This document shows positions 31,201 to 40,004 of a stretch of DNA of 64,000 nucleotides, in pieces; position 1 is the first letter of the stretch, and the number at the start of each line of letters is the position of its first letter. Below the pieces are notes generated by a model. The model made no database searches. It was given only the letters and a program-made list of their open reading frames with translations, and was not told the origin of the DNA. The stretch spans positions 1 to 64,000 of the IMG/VR virus record IMGVR_UViG_3300006931_000029; one strand, given 5' to 3'. The position numbers were made by a program, and so were the translations under genes.

Positions 31201-34200
31201 CGATTACCGCCAGAACCGAGTGTGCGTCGGTTGGTTGATCGACCGCAGCTTCAACGCCGCCTTCGCGGTAGCGAAGCACGCGATCCGCTTTAAGGATCGG
31301 ACCAGCTCCGATGTCGTCAGCCCAAATCTTGTAGACGTAACCGTCGTCACCTTTGATGTAGGCGCGGTCCTGAGCCGGATTGCTGAGCGTGTTGTTCGGC
31401 CATGGAGACGCGACGGTAGTCGGCGTGGTCGTAACGCCACCGTTGGTTGTGAACGGAGCCGTGACTCTGACAATCCTACCTGGAATTGTTCCCCATGCCT
31501 CGGTGTATCCAGGCAGAGGAGGATACGACCCAGAAATCAGTGTGCGACCGAATCCTTCGATGTAGGGGCCACGGAATCCAAGAGGATAAGCCGGTTGGAC
31601 TGGCGATCCTTCACCGATGCCCACATTTTTGAACCTCGGATCGCCTTCGTAAAGACCGAAGCCGTCATAGCGCTGAGCGTACGCAGGAACGTCTCGAACA
31701 GACCGAAGGTCGGATTTAGCCGGGTAAGCAAACCCGGAATCGGTCATGTTGAAGATGTAGCGGTTGTCGCGAGACAGAGATTCAACCCACGTGCTCGGGT
31801 ACGCCACAGAAGACTTGACAGGAGTTGGGTTGCGAACCAACTCAAAATCAGCGTCGGACTTTCTGGACGTCCACGCGGTAAAATCGTGAATGCCGTACGA
31901 CCGAGCACCACAAGAGAAAGTTAGCTTCGAGAGCGTCACCTCGTCTAGGTCTGTCAACGTGAAATTCTGCCACGTGATAGAGCTGACTTCCGTTCCGATG
32001 CCGAACGAGAATGATGTACCGTCGCGCCGGACGGCGATAAACTGCCAATCGTTGTCTAGAGCGAAAACGCCGATCGAAGTCAGAACGCCGGAGCGCATCG
32101 CCTTCAGGCGGATAAACGTCTGAGAAACGGAGGCGTTGTCCGTGATTTCAATGGACAAGAAACCACCAACGTCAAGAATCTGTGTGTAGGCACTTCCGGA
32201 AATCGGAGACGCAGCCGGGTTCAACCAGAAAGCCAACGAGAACAGCGTGCCGAGTCCAGTCGGGCTGTCGATCTCGACCGAGTTTCCACTGTCCATCTTC
32301 AGGTACCAGCCTCGGCCAGCGTCCCATAGGCGATTAGCGTGGTTGACTTCAGCCTCGACGCTCGACGCGTAGCGAGCGTAAGGTTCGACGTCGTCGAGCG
32401 GATGCTCGTTGAATGGAACCCATTGAATGATGTCAGACCGTTTCGCAGGCGACCAGTACTGAGTCGACACGATTGCCTTGTCGATCAGCAAGACGTGGTA
32501 CTGAAATGCGTCGTCATCTTCTGCCAACAGCAGGCGGTCGTAGGTTGTGGCTGTTGGGTCACCCGTGATCGGATCAATCTCCTGGTTTTGGATGATCTTG
32601 AACCGGAATGGCTGGATTTTCTGGACGGCGTCGAGAACTGCCACTTCGTATTGACGGCCTGAAAGCGCGAGAACTCGGTACGGGACAACGGCCTGCTTGT
32701 AGTCAAGGTCGGGAACCGCAGGAACGTAGAAATCGTCGTCGACGTGGTGACCGGCGATGAGTTGATCTCGGCGCCACGGCATCTCGTCCCAGAAACTGAC
32801 GTTGCTTCCGCTGAAGCTGCCTTGGTCTTCTGGGTTGTGGCCGTACGCAACAGTGCCATCGGCTTTCGACCGGAAGGTTGGTTCGGCACGGACGTTCGTG
32901 CCTTGGAGAGCGGTGAACGTGGCCATCATTCGACCACCGCTTGAGAAAGGACCAGGGAAAACGGCGATGCTGTAGTGGTCGTCAGCTAGGCGATAGGTGC
33001 CGTAGAAATCTCCACCTGTGATCGCAACCGTGCCTTCGGCGATCAAATCGACGTACGTCGTGGCTTCAAAATCACCGACCAGCGCTTGGAAGGAAACGGT
33101 CTTTGGACCGTCTGGAGCTTTGCCTGTCGCGTAGCCAGCGTAAGTTCCGGTAGCATTTGCTGTGAAGAGCAACGCTTGGGATGGGTAGGCCGCAAACTTG
33201 GCGTCGTCTCGAACAGAAAGTCCAACGCCTCGGGAGTGAATTCTGCGAGTGGCCGCTCGCATCGAGTCCAAGTTGTTCGAGGCGCTGAGAGCAGCGTCGA
33301 ACTCTTGGCGACTCATCTGCACCGAATTGCCAGCCGCCTGAGAACGTGCGACAACGATCGTGCTATTTCCAACGTCGACAGTTGGGTAGACGTCAACGCT
33401 TTGAGCCGTTGAACCACCAACCCACGGACGGAATGGCACGAGTGCTGTTCCATCCGGATCAAGCGATGGATTCAGCTCAAGGTCGGGCGACGACTGGATA
33501 GACTCTGTGCCGACAGAACGGATCGTCGCTTTCAGGTCGAAGTAACTCGAACGGAATTTGATGGCAGAAAGCTTCGCTGTGATTTCCAGTCCGACCGCGG
33601 TACCAGAAAAGTCAATCACGTTCAGCTTCATCCCGTTCATGGACAAGCCGGCGGCCAAACCGTCGGCGCGCAGATTGCTGACGATGCTTCCTTGGTTGAG
33701 AAGAACCGAAGGTGTGACGTTCGACTCGCCGCCGGTCAAAACGTACCGTCCGATTGCCGGGCGAACCACGTCGCCAAGCTGGATCAACTTCACGAATGGG
33801 TTGCGGTTGTTGACTGCGATCGGCCAGAAGTTTGCCGAACCGGGGTCCTCGGACATCGGTCCGGAGTTGTAAGTGTAAAACTCGCCGTCCTTGAAATCGA
33901 TCGGGTCGTACCTCTGGTCGGGCAGCGTGGCCGACGGGGTTTGCTCAGGACGCGCGTTGAAATCTTCGGCATTGACATCGTTGCCCGGATCGTTCGGCAA
34001 CCGTGGAACGAGTCTGGACCATAGTGGCGTCATTGCCACGGTGTCGAATCCGAGGACGCGGCCGAGCAGTTCGAAGCTATCGGCCGTGCCCTTGATCCTC
34101 AACCTAGGAAAGTGGGATTCGAGTAGCTGTTGGCGAGTGCGGCGAGCTGCGTCGGCCGATTCGTCATCGTTGATGCCAGGGTAGAGAATCGCGCCAACAT

Positions 34201-34615
34201 TTCCAGCGAGAAGGCTGATGGAATCAATGTCGACCAGACGCAGGACGTCTGTCCCAGCCACGGCGCTTCTCAGCTTTTCTGAGTCGTCAAGCTGAAGTTC
34301 GTTCGCCGCCCAGTTTTTTAGAGCGGTCGTATCATCAAGGCTAGGTGTGCTGTCGTTGATGTCCAGCGAACGAGTGATAACCTGGCCAACGGGACCTTCG
34401 AAGGTTGCCAGGACGACGTTGAAGCCCGACTGCGGCAGTTGAGCATCGGGCTTGACCAACTCGTTGAGGTTGCTAGCATAGCTGCGCAGGTCGCAAATGC
34501 GATCCTGGTAGCCGCCCACAACGGCCTCGATCATCTTCCGCGTGTCGAGGTTGACTACGCCTTGCGGAAGAAGGTGATAAAGGAACTGCTCTGGAATGTT
34601 CTGGGCCGGTAACAC
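28223..34615 (-). CDS. 2130-aa virion/baseplate protein with LamG-like, PKD/Ig-like and FN3-associated domains
   Basis: RIKGT..S wedge-like N-terminus; FSLAFWLNP and WQFIAV; DPDGD; IRYTLDGTD. Confidence 0.75.
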   Translation of the reverse strand: MLPAQNIPEQFLYHLLPQGVVNLDTRKMIEAVVGGYQDRICDLRSYASNLNELVKPDAQLPQSGFNVVLATFEGPVGQVITRSLDINDSTPSLDDTTALKNWAANELQLDDSEKLRSAVAGTDVLRLVDIDSISLLAGNVGAILYPGINDDESADAARRTRQQLLESHFPRLRIKGTADSFELLGRVLGFDTVAMTPLWSRLVPRLPNDPGNDVNAEDFNARPEQTPSATLPDQRYDPIDFKDGEFYTYNSGPMSEDPGSANFWPIAVNNRNPFVKLIQLGDVVRPAIGRYVLTGGESNVTPSVLLNQGSIVSNLRADGLAAGLSMNGMKLNVIDFSGTAVGLEITAKLSAIKFRSSYFDLKATIRSVGTESIQSSPDLELNPSLDPDGTALVPFRPWVGGSTAQSVDVYPTVDVGNSTIVVARSQAAGNSVQMSRQEFDAALSASNNLDSMRAATRRIHSRGVGLSVRDDAKFAAYPSQALLFTANATGTYAGYATGKAPDGPKTVSFQALVGDFEATTYVDLIAEGTVAITGGDFYGTYRLADDHYSIAVFPGPFSSGGRMMATFTALQGTNVRAEPTFRSKADGTVAYGHNPEDQGSFSGSNVSFWDEMPWRRDQLIAGHHVDDDFYVPAVPDLDYKQAVVPYRVLALSGRQYEVAVLDAVQKIQPFRFKIIQNQEIDPITGDPTATTYDRLLLAEDDDAFQYHVLLIDKAIVSTQYWSPAKRSDIIQWVPFNEHPLDDVEPYARYASSVEAEVNHANRLWDAGRGWYLKMDSGNSVEIDSPTGLGTLFSLAFWLNPAASPISGSAYTQILDVGGFLSIEITDNASVSQTFIRLKAMRSGVLTSIGVFALDNDWQFIAVRRDGTSFSFGIGTEVSSITWQNFTLTDLDEVTLSKLTFSCGARSYGIHDFTAWTSRKSDADFELVRNPTPVKSSVAYPSTWVESLSRDNRYIFNMTDSGFAYPAKSDLRSVRDVPAYAQRYDGFGLYEGDPRFKNVGIGEGSPVQPAYPLGFRGPYIEGFGRTLISGSYPPLPGYTEAWGTIPGRIVRVTAPFTTNGGVTTTPTTVASPWPNNTLSNPAQDRAYIKGDDGYVYKIWADDIGAGPILKADRVLRYREGGVEAAVDQPTDAHSVLAVIGKRLSVSVSGTNYQVYEANDAGQTWTTPPLYLYRQTKVYVDALSSAFGRWANPNTFGQGLGIAALSGDGELEFTNPETLPIGTFQMTVDVGNIGTVDDNFSGFSTIVSLINGSGSVVAQESQVLLVDGEGENPRAKVSFNLDIDEVINGPWLLTVEWNNALAVPRKGQKRQMAIYGYEFRLISPALYQVALNPLTMTAVNISDTTAVRAGGLIAKINSYGTIARIDHEALQFPELSDWPLSNLLTTSSWMRRQNLRVVNPKVEPDPAIATLPTVTAVTFVDKLVGTNKPYYNIGDTVRITGSVSNGSNAQAYVWRFWDNSVETTLGTTIEKVVTPPPGIANGTVAMTVVDRVGNSSAKSAVVPINHPPVVSLAVTQNVGIFPYFGSIVATVSDPDGDSVAMKWIENGTQIATGLNLNYQANEQITLIGRATDSRGGVTDSRVSFSGNPRQAPIVSPIIRSDLGRISVSNEMDFAVYGLNPNTGGLMTFKWTFWNSSIPSLYRTGITDVGTALGDNVKDFHYEVIGNSVNPLYSGDAYTLSGSPGLIVSPATGINGSSSIRPAGFYDFKLSFVIPAGTDLSTVSLNVTGQASSYADIYTNGVFAISHGFDFGLTKTFAINPSNTTFVIGENTLVFRVVNLVSGPSYLNVQSISGTFATNGVTTHVTNSNVYFNQATKSLSGSTPGEKLVQVVVTDLDGFSTLVQTTITLVQNTPPTIVAITTPATGALAGTLVPYSAQVQDVDLDQVSYVWNFTSPRVAQLLGGNVKYQTEAGDIGLTIEGTLTVNDGNGGSTTAPLPVVTVASSFLKPITLSVAPGFYQSGFVQEITSQDTEVSIRYTLDGTDVFNPTDGLEYLGPFLISPPEGNTGVVVLKVRGFKTSYAPSELITASYTFYDPNSVGTATDPTVGSGSSASTTAVVKVQSSGDTTISTASGANIPGDDGSISVSPQTAVPEVSLLDEASQPFAPLPPPGQTSSRSVATAVYPFVKLKNPI

Positions 34616-34646
34616 GCTCCTAAGTATTCGGAGCGTGGGGAGCGGC

Positions 34647-34955
34647 TCAGAGCACCAAGTCGATAGTCGTCTGCTCGAAGCTGTTGTTGATGTCGAACGT
34701 CGCCGGCATCATTGCCATCACCTTATTCCATTCCTCGTGGTGCTCAGCAATCCAGCGGTAGCGAGGCATGAAATAGTACTCGACCGGCTTCTTGGAACTG
34801 TCGAGAGGTTTGAAGATGAACGAGACGTAGGAGTAGGCAAGCTCCGGGTCAAAGCCCGCGCGAATCATGGGTTTGAACAACACCAGCACTTCGCGAAACG
34901 GTGAGTCCCACAACTCGACTTTCGTCATGAATTGAATTGGGATTTGAGAGTTCAC
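34647..34955 (-). CDS. Hypothetical protein
   Basis: Follows a TTGTTTAC motif. Confidence 0.55.
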   Translation of the reverse strand: MNSQIPIQFMTKVELWDSPFREVLVLFKPMIRAGFDPELAYSYVSFIFKPLDSSKKPVEYYFMPRYRWIAEHHEEWNKVMAMMPATFDINNSFEQTTIDLVL

Positions 34956-35016
34956 AGCGACAACCTTGCATCGCAGTGACCCAACGTAAACAAAAATTTT
35001 GTGAACGTTTACCTTT

Positions 35017-35292
35017 TTAGGCGGGAACTTTTTCCTGAAGTTTCTTCGTCTTGGCTTTGTGTCTGGAGACTGTCGGATAAGCTTTTACTGGCATTCCGTT
35101 TATCACTTCGTCGCCCTTCAGAATGATGCCAGGAAAGGTCTTCTCAACGCAGGCCCTTGCCTGTTCGAATACGGAATGGGGAGGAAAAGAAGAGCCGGGT
35201 TCGTGGTCTTCCCCAATCAAATCCCCAGAACACTTGACCTTGTTACCGCTCGGCAAAATGCCAGAAGCGCTGAAGGTGTAGTGAGCCTTCAC
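35017..35292 (-). CDS. Hypothetical protein
   Basis: GTGA overlap with the vWA gene. Confidence 0.55.
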   Translation of the reverse strand: MKAHYTFSASGILPSGNKVKCSGDLIGEDHEPGSSFPPHSVFEQARACVEKTFPGIILKGDEVINGMPVKAYPTVSRHKAKTKKLQEKVPA

Positions 35293-36299
35293 GGATTTTT
35301 CAGAATGATGAGCGTCGTCCCGCCAATCAGCTTGCGGTTGACGGACGTGGACTGAACGAAGATGTCGAACTTCGCAAGACCTTCAGGCTTGATGCGAGCG
35401 TCCGTATCCGGCAGATTCAAGAGCTTGCGCGCCTTGTCTCCGGAGTAAACGTAGCCAGAAATCTTGTTGCGGATGCAGACCTTCTTGTAGGACTGCACCG
35501 TCTCGGGCTTTGAGAGCTGATAAAACGCGGAGCCTTTGACGTAGTCCTCTCCGGTTGCCCGCTCGACAACGTCGCGAATCGTGCCATCTTTTGTCAGGGC
35601 GACAGCGATGAACTCGTGAGACTTGAGCGAATCAAGTGAGTCGTTGACCTTCTTCGATGAAAGATTCGACGTATCGATCTTGAAGAGTGAGCGCGTGCCG
35701 CGGATACCTTTCGCCCGGTTTTGGAAGAAGGTCTCCGTGGATTCGGTCATCTTCTTTTCCATCTCGACCATGTTGCGGTCTGAGGTGTCCCACACGGCAA
35801 TGTTGTCCGCAGGGAAGCCCGCCCGCTTTGCTTCGTGCACACCAGACGCGTCCGGAACGAGAACCGCGACTGTCCAGTTGTCCGGCAAGCCATTGAGCCT
35901 CCGGGCAAGAGAATTTGCGTTCGCTGCTGAATCGTTTTCCTCCCCGTCTGTGATGGCGTAGAGGAGGAATGCGTGATCGCCGTAAATCTGAGAAGTCGTC
36001 TCGAGGTCGACAACCGCTTTGAGCGTTGCGTCGCGAAGAGCTGTATTGCCGTTCGGGGTGTAAAGGCCTGCCAACGACGGCAGACGCAAGACGTCCTTGT
36101 CGAAGATGACGCAGTGGATGGAATCAGAGTGCGAAAAGAAGTAGACAGAGACGCGCGTCTCCTGATTTACCTCTTTGGACCGGCGAGCGAGATGCTTGAT
36201 CTGAGCATCGAAGAGTTCGACGACTGTCTTGCTCTTATCCGACATCGAAGTTGAAGCGTCGACGACGAATGCGATGTGATTGATGTTGTTTTGGCTCAT
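35289..36299 (-). CDS. vWA-domain protein
   Basis: MIDAS motifs DASTSM, NTAL.DA, ITDGEEN. Confidence 0.85.
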   Translation of the reverse strand: MSQNNINHIAFVVDASTSMSDKSKTVVELFDAQIKHLARRSKEVNQETRVSVYFFSHSDSIHCVIFDKDVLRLPSLAGLYTPNGNTALRDATLKAVVDLETTSQIYGDHAFLLYAITDGEENDSAANANSLARRLNGLPDNWTVAVLVPDASGVHEAKRAGFPADNIAVWDTSDRNMVEMEKKMTESTETFFQNRAKGIRGTRSLFKIDTSNLSSKKVNDSLDSLKSHEFIAVALTKDGTIRDVVERATGEDYVKGSAFYQLSKPETVQSYKKVCIRNKISGYVYSGDKARKLLNLPDTDARIKPEGLAKFDIFVQSTSVNRKLIGGTTLIILKNP

Positions 36300-36595
36300 G
36301 GAAAATAGTCGACGTCTAGGTCTTTACCGCTGCCTCTGCATTCAGGGCAAGGAACAGGATCGCCAGTGGCGTAGCAAGGATGATTCGGTGGCTCCATGTC
36401 TTCTTCGCAAGCGTATCCTTGCGCTCCGCAACGGCGGCAATCGCCTTCAGCAACTGGACCGGAACCTGTAGGATTGTTTTTCGCGATGGCTTCACGCCAC
36501 CAGCAACACACGAAATTGAGGCTTGGAATCCCTGGGTAGTAGTTCTCCCAGGGAGCCAGCCGAAACGGAACAGGATGTTGAAATCCGAATCTCAC
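36296..36595 (-). CDS. Hypothetical protein with DnaJ-like Cys repeats
   Basis: CRRCGAQG and CPECRGSG. Confidence 0.55.
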   Translation of the reverse strand: MRFGFQHPVPFRLAPWENYYPGIPSLNFVCCWWREAIAKNNPTGSGPVAEGDCRRCGAQGYACEEDMEPPNHPCYATGDPVPCPECRGSGKDLDVDYFP

Positions 36596-36825
36596 CCGCT
36601 AGGATCGTTGAGATGGCGGACCAGAGCGACATGATCCGCCCGAGGTAGCGAGTGGCCATACACGAAGCGTTCCCATACTGGGTTTGCAACCTTGATGACG
36701 ACTGTCGGAAACTTTTTGAAGGTTACCTCCAGGTCCGGGTGAGCCGTCGATCCTTTCGGAGTGAGAATCTTCAAAGTCCTCGGACAAAGTTCGTTCGCCC
36801 TAACGCCTGTGATCGTACGAATCAC
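36592..36825 (-). CDS. Hypothetical protein
   Basis: Coupled by 4-nt overlaps on both sides. Confidence 0.55.
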   Translation of the reverse strand: MIRTITGVRANELCPRTLKILTPKGSTAHPDLEVTFKKFPTVVIKVANPVWERFVYGHSLPRADHVALVRHLNDPSG

Positions 36826-37040
36826 GACACTGCAGGTTCGACAGGAGCGCGGCCGGCGTCGACCTGAGCGATGAAGTTAGTGACAGACGCATCGACAGGC
36901 GCGCCGCTCTGGCGGAGCTGCTCCTTTGCCAGGTCGATTACGGTATAGAAGGCTGCTGCGGAATCTCCTTTGACGGAGATGGTAGCGACCTTGGTTTTGG
37001 TGGTAACGGTTTTTTCTTTTGTGGAGAGTTTAAGGCTCAT
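36822..37040 (-). CDS. Hypothetical protein
   Basis: 4-nt overlap with the next gene. Confidence 0.55.
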   Translation of the reverse strand: MSLKLSTKEKTVTTKTKVATISVKGDSAAAFYTVIDLAKEQLRQSGAPVDASVTNFIAQVDAGRAPVEPAVS

Positions 37041-37065
37041 GAGTGGGACAGAACGTAGTCAGACT

Positions 37066-37296
37066 TCAGTATTCGTGATGGTTCGCTTTGTATCTCTGAG
37101 TGGCAGCTCTCCACCGGGCACGACGCTTTTCTACGGGCATCGCCGCATAGTACGCCGTCGTCTTTTGCAAATTGCGCTCGAGATGCTCCAAGCAGTAGAT
37201 GCTGAGACCAGTACCCCGGCGCTTCTTCGCCACCGGCTTGCTGCAAACGATGCAGAGCTTTTTCGCCTTCCTCTTTTGGTACTCTTCCCGGGTCAT
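37066..37296 (-). CDS. Small basic Zn-finger-like protein
   Basis: CIVC...CLEH. Confidence 0.55.
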   Translation of the reverse strand: MTREEYQKRKAKKLCIVCSKPVAKKRRGTGLSIYCLEHLERNLQKTTAYYAAMPVEKRRARWRAATQRYKANHHEY

Positions 37297-37300
37297 GACG

Positions 37301-37528
37301 TCAACCTTCCATCAACTCTTCAAGCTGATCAACCGTCTCCATCACACCGAATCCCGTGGAGTAACCTCGAATGAAGACGAGCGATTTTGCCGGGCTGTGA
37401 GGAGGTCTTCCCGTCGGCTCAGGTGCTGCAGTGATCCACTTGATCGACCACATAGGAAAGAGAGCGACTCTCTTCGAATCCGCCAAGATGACCCTGATGG
37501 AACGCTTGCGCTTCGGTTCGTCAAACAT
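37301..37528 (-). CDS. Hypothetical protein
   Basis: In operon. Confidence 0.5.
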   Translation of the reverse strand: MFDEPKRKRSIRVILADSKRVALFPMWSIKWITAAPEPTGRPPHSPAKSLVFIRGYSTGFGVMETVDQLEELMEG

Positions 37529-37817
37529 GGCTACCCTCTGTTCGAGACATCGGTTCGTTTTTGTAGAGAATCACCAGGCATGTTGGCACAATCACAGTAC
37601 CAAGGGATTCAGACACGCCACTGGAGACGGAACTCGACATGCCGCAAGTGTGCGAAACCATCCAACCTGCTTTGAGCTCCTCGTTCAGTGCATCGACGGT
37701 GGCCGTGGTGACCACAAGTGCTTTCATCATGCAGACCAGAACAACGCCAGACTTCAAAGTGTTTACCTTGCCGAATGACCCTGGTCGTATGACATCTCGG
37801 TGGATGTGGGCGCGCAT
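37521..37817 (-). CDS. Hypothetical protein
   Basis: AAGGGG RBS-like sequence upstream. Confidence 0.5.
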   Translation of the reverse strand: MRAHIHRDVIRPGSFGKVNTLKSGVVLVCMMKALVVTTATVDALNEELKAGWMVSHTCGMSSSVSSGVSESLGTVIVPTCLVILYKNEPMSRTEGSHV

Positions 37818-37829
37818 AGCGGCCCCTTA

Positions 37830-38226
37830 ATCGTGTGTGCGTGAGGGCTCGTGAGAGCGAGGGCGGGACGCACGGTCAGGGACGACCAGGGTCGTGAGGA
37901 CGGCGGGATTAACCATGGCCCGAGTCACGACTCAGCTATGGACGCAATGCATAGCTGCGAGAAGTTTAATTAGACTTCTCGTATGTTGTTGAATGTAAGC
38001 GTCTTTTCGCGGAGCTAAGCTCCGGTGTTCCAAAATGAGCGAGTAGGTTTTTGAGGCCTACTCTAAACGCCCTGAGGCGACGGGTTACTTACCGAGGGTC
38101 TCACCCCGGCGTCGCTTGAGTTGACAGTCAAGCTCGACCTATACCCGATTTGGCTCACACTTTCCACGCCATTCGCCAGGCACACCCTACGACTTAACGG
38201 GTCTCTGGAGATACGCGCTACGACCT
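37830..38226. other. ~400-bp ORF-free, hairpin-dense region (candidate ncRNA or origin)
   Basis: Run of near-perfect inverted repeats at 37922-37933, 37933-37957, 37958-37981, 38010-38024 and 38041-38063. Confidence 0.45.
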
Positions 38227-38237
38227 AAGAACGTGGT

Positions 38238-39962
38238 TCACTCGTGGCCGAACGCTGGCTCGTATTTCAAGGCCAAGTCCTGGCTTCCTGGTTCAATGAC
38301 AGGGTGGTAAAACTCGTAGCCACGAATCTGCTGGAGCTTTCTGAAGAGGTTCATGCAGCCACGGCGGTAGGTGGGAACTTGGCGATCCATCACCCAAACT
38401 ATTTCAGCCGTGTTGTCTTCACCGGGCGGTTTTTTGCGGATGAACCGGCCGATCAACTGGTTGGCGGCGTCTTCAGAACCGATGTAATCGGCGATGATGC
38501 CGGCGTTAAGATGGTTGATCGACACGCCTTCTTTGACGAGTGGCGAGATGAGAACCCCACCTGGAGTGGATCGAATCCAGTCGAACGTGTCGTCACGTTC
38601 CTTCGTGTTATGCTCCGAAAAGAGGATGCGCACGAGGTCTGGATCGATCAGCTTCTCGATGCACGCCTGCAAGATCAAAACGTGGAGAGTTCGTGTAGCT
38701 ACGACTAGCGTCTTTTTCTTGCGACCCGAAAAGTACTGTGCCCACCTCGCAAGTAATTCATTGCGTTCTCGGAACCGAATGATGCCTCTGTCATTCTGCC
38801 GATGTAGCAGACACCACCGGGATTCGACGTCAAGTTCAACCGGCCCGAGTTGGAGACGGTGCATGTTCAACATCGTGACGGGATTGCCACTCTTCGTTTG
38901 GCGTGGGGTTCCGTCTCTGTGACGTTCAACCGCGGGTCCCAAGTAGATTCCCTGCTTCCATTCCGAATTCACGTAGGCCCAGGCCGGAGACTGCTCTTCG
39001 ACTTGCTGAGGAAGATCGGCAAACTTGTTTTGCCACTCGGGATTGTCGATGATGTAGATGGTCGGCTTCGCCAGTTTCTGTTGCTCGATCAACGGACCGG
39101 CCCGCACTTCCGTCAACACCGGACCTAACAGGCCGCGGATTTTGAACCCACGAATAACATCATCCTCCTTTGCGGAATCGGATGCACCAAATTTGAAGAA
39201 AGCGGGAACCGCGGGAATGATCTTCTCCAGAGTCGGCGACGATGCGTGGTGACATTCATCGACCATGAGGATCATGAAAGTCTTCAGCCACGGGAGCAAC
39301 TCGTTGAAATTCTTCCCGACAATGGCGTACGTGGAAACTACCATGTCGGCGCCGGTGTTGTCCCGTTTTCCCCCTCCGAATTGAGTGATGTGCCAATCCG
39401 GCAGGAAAGCCTTCGCGTCTTTGTACGCCTGAGAAACGAGACGTTCGGTGGAGCAAAGGTAGAGAGTGCGGCACTTGGGTGACCGACGCTTGACGACTGC
39501 GGCAGCCATGCAGAAGGTTCTGGTTTTTCCGCCGCTGACTGTGATTTCGTTGATGCCAATTCCAGCTCGCATCCACTGAACCACGGCTTCTACCTGGTGA
39601 GGATATGGCGGGTTCGGATCATTGACGATGTCATGCGGAATATCGTCCGCGACGATATTTGCGTACGGCCGAGGAATGACACCAGACAAATCCAACTCAA
39701 TGTCTAAGTCGGCCGCCTTCATCTTCAAATCTTCCAGATGGCCGCGCATGATGCGACCAACCGTCTTCGACAGAATCTCGAATGGGTACAGATACCCGTC
39801 CCAACCTCTCTCGCCTTCTGTCTGCTTGAAAAGCTGATAACGAGGACTGCGCCAGTAGTCCGGCGGTTGAAGCCGATACGCAAAGCGCAGTTTCTTTATT
39901 GCATCCCAATCCCCTTCGAGGATGAGGTAGCTAGCCGTTTCTTTGACACGGATTTTGGACAC
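38238..39962 (-). CDS. UvsW-like SF2 helicase
   Basis: PYPHQ, SGGKT, DECHH, EGVSI, QLIGR..R. Confidence 0.85.
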   Translation of the reverse strand: MSKIRVKETASYLILEGDWDAIKKLRFAYRLQPPDYWRSPRYQLFKQTEGERGWDGYLYPFEILSKTVGRIMRGHLEDLKMKAADLDIELDLSGVIPRPYANIVADDIPHDIVNDPNPPYPHQVEAVVQWMRAGIGINEITVSGGKTRTFCMAAAVVKRRSPKCRTLYLCSTERLVSQAYKDAKAFLPDWHITQFGGGKRDNTGADMVVSTYAIVGKNFNELLPWLKTFMILMVDECHHASSPTLEKIIPAVPAFFKFGASDSAKEDDVIRGFKIRGLLGPVLTEVRAGPLIEQQKLAKPTIYIIDNPEWQNKFADLPQQVEEQSPAWAYVNSEWKQGIYLGPAVERHRDGTPRQTKSGNPVTMLNMHRLQLGPVELDVESRWCLLHRQNDRGIIRFRERNELLARWAQYFSGRKKKTLVVATRTLHVLILQACIEKLIDPDLVRILFSEHNTKERDDTFDWIRSTPGGVLISPLVKEGVSINHLNAGIIADYIGSEDAANQLIGRFIRKKPPGEDNTAEIVWVMDRQVPTYRRGCMNLFRKLQQIRGYEFYHPVIEPGSQDLALKYEPAFGHE

Positions 39963-40004
39963 CGGACTAGACTACTGACTTAAGGTGGATTTGTAAACAA
40001 AATC

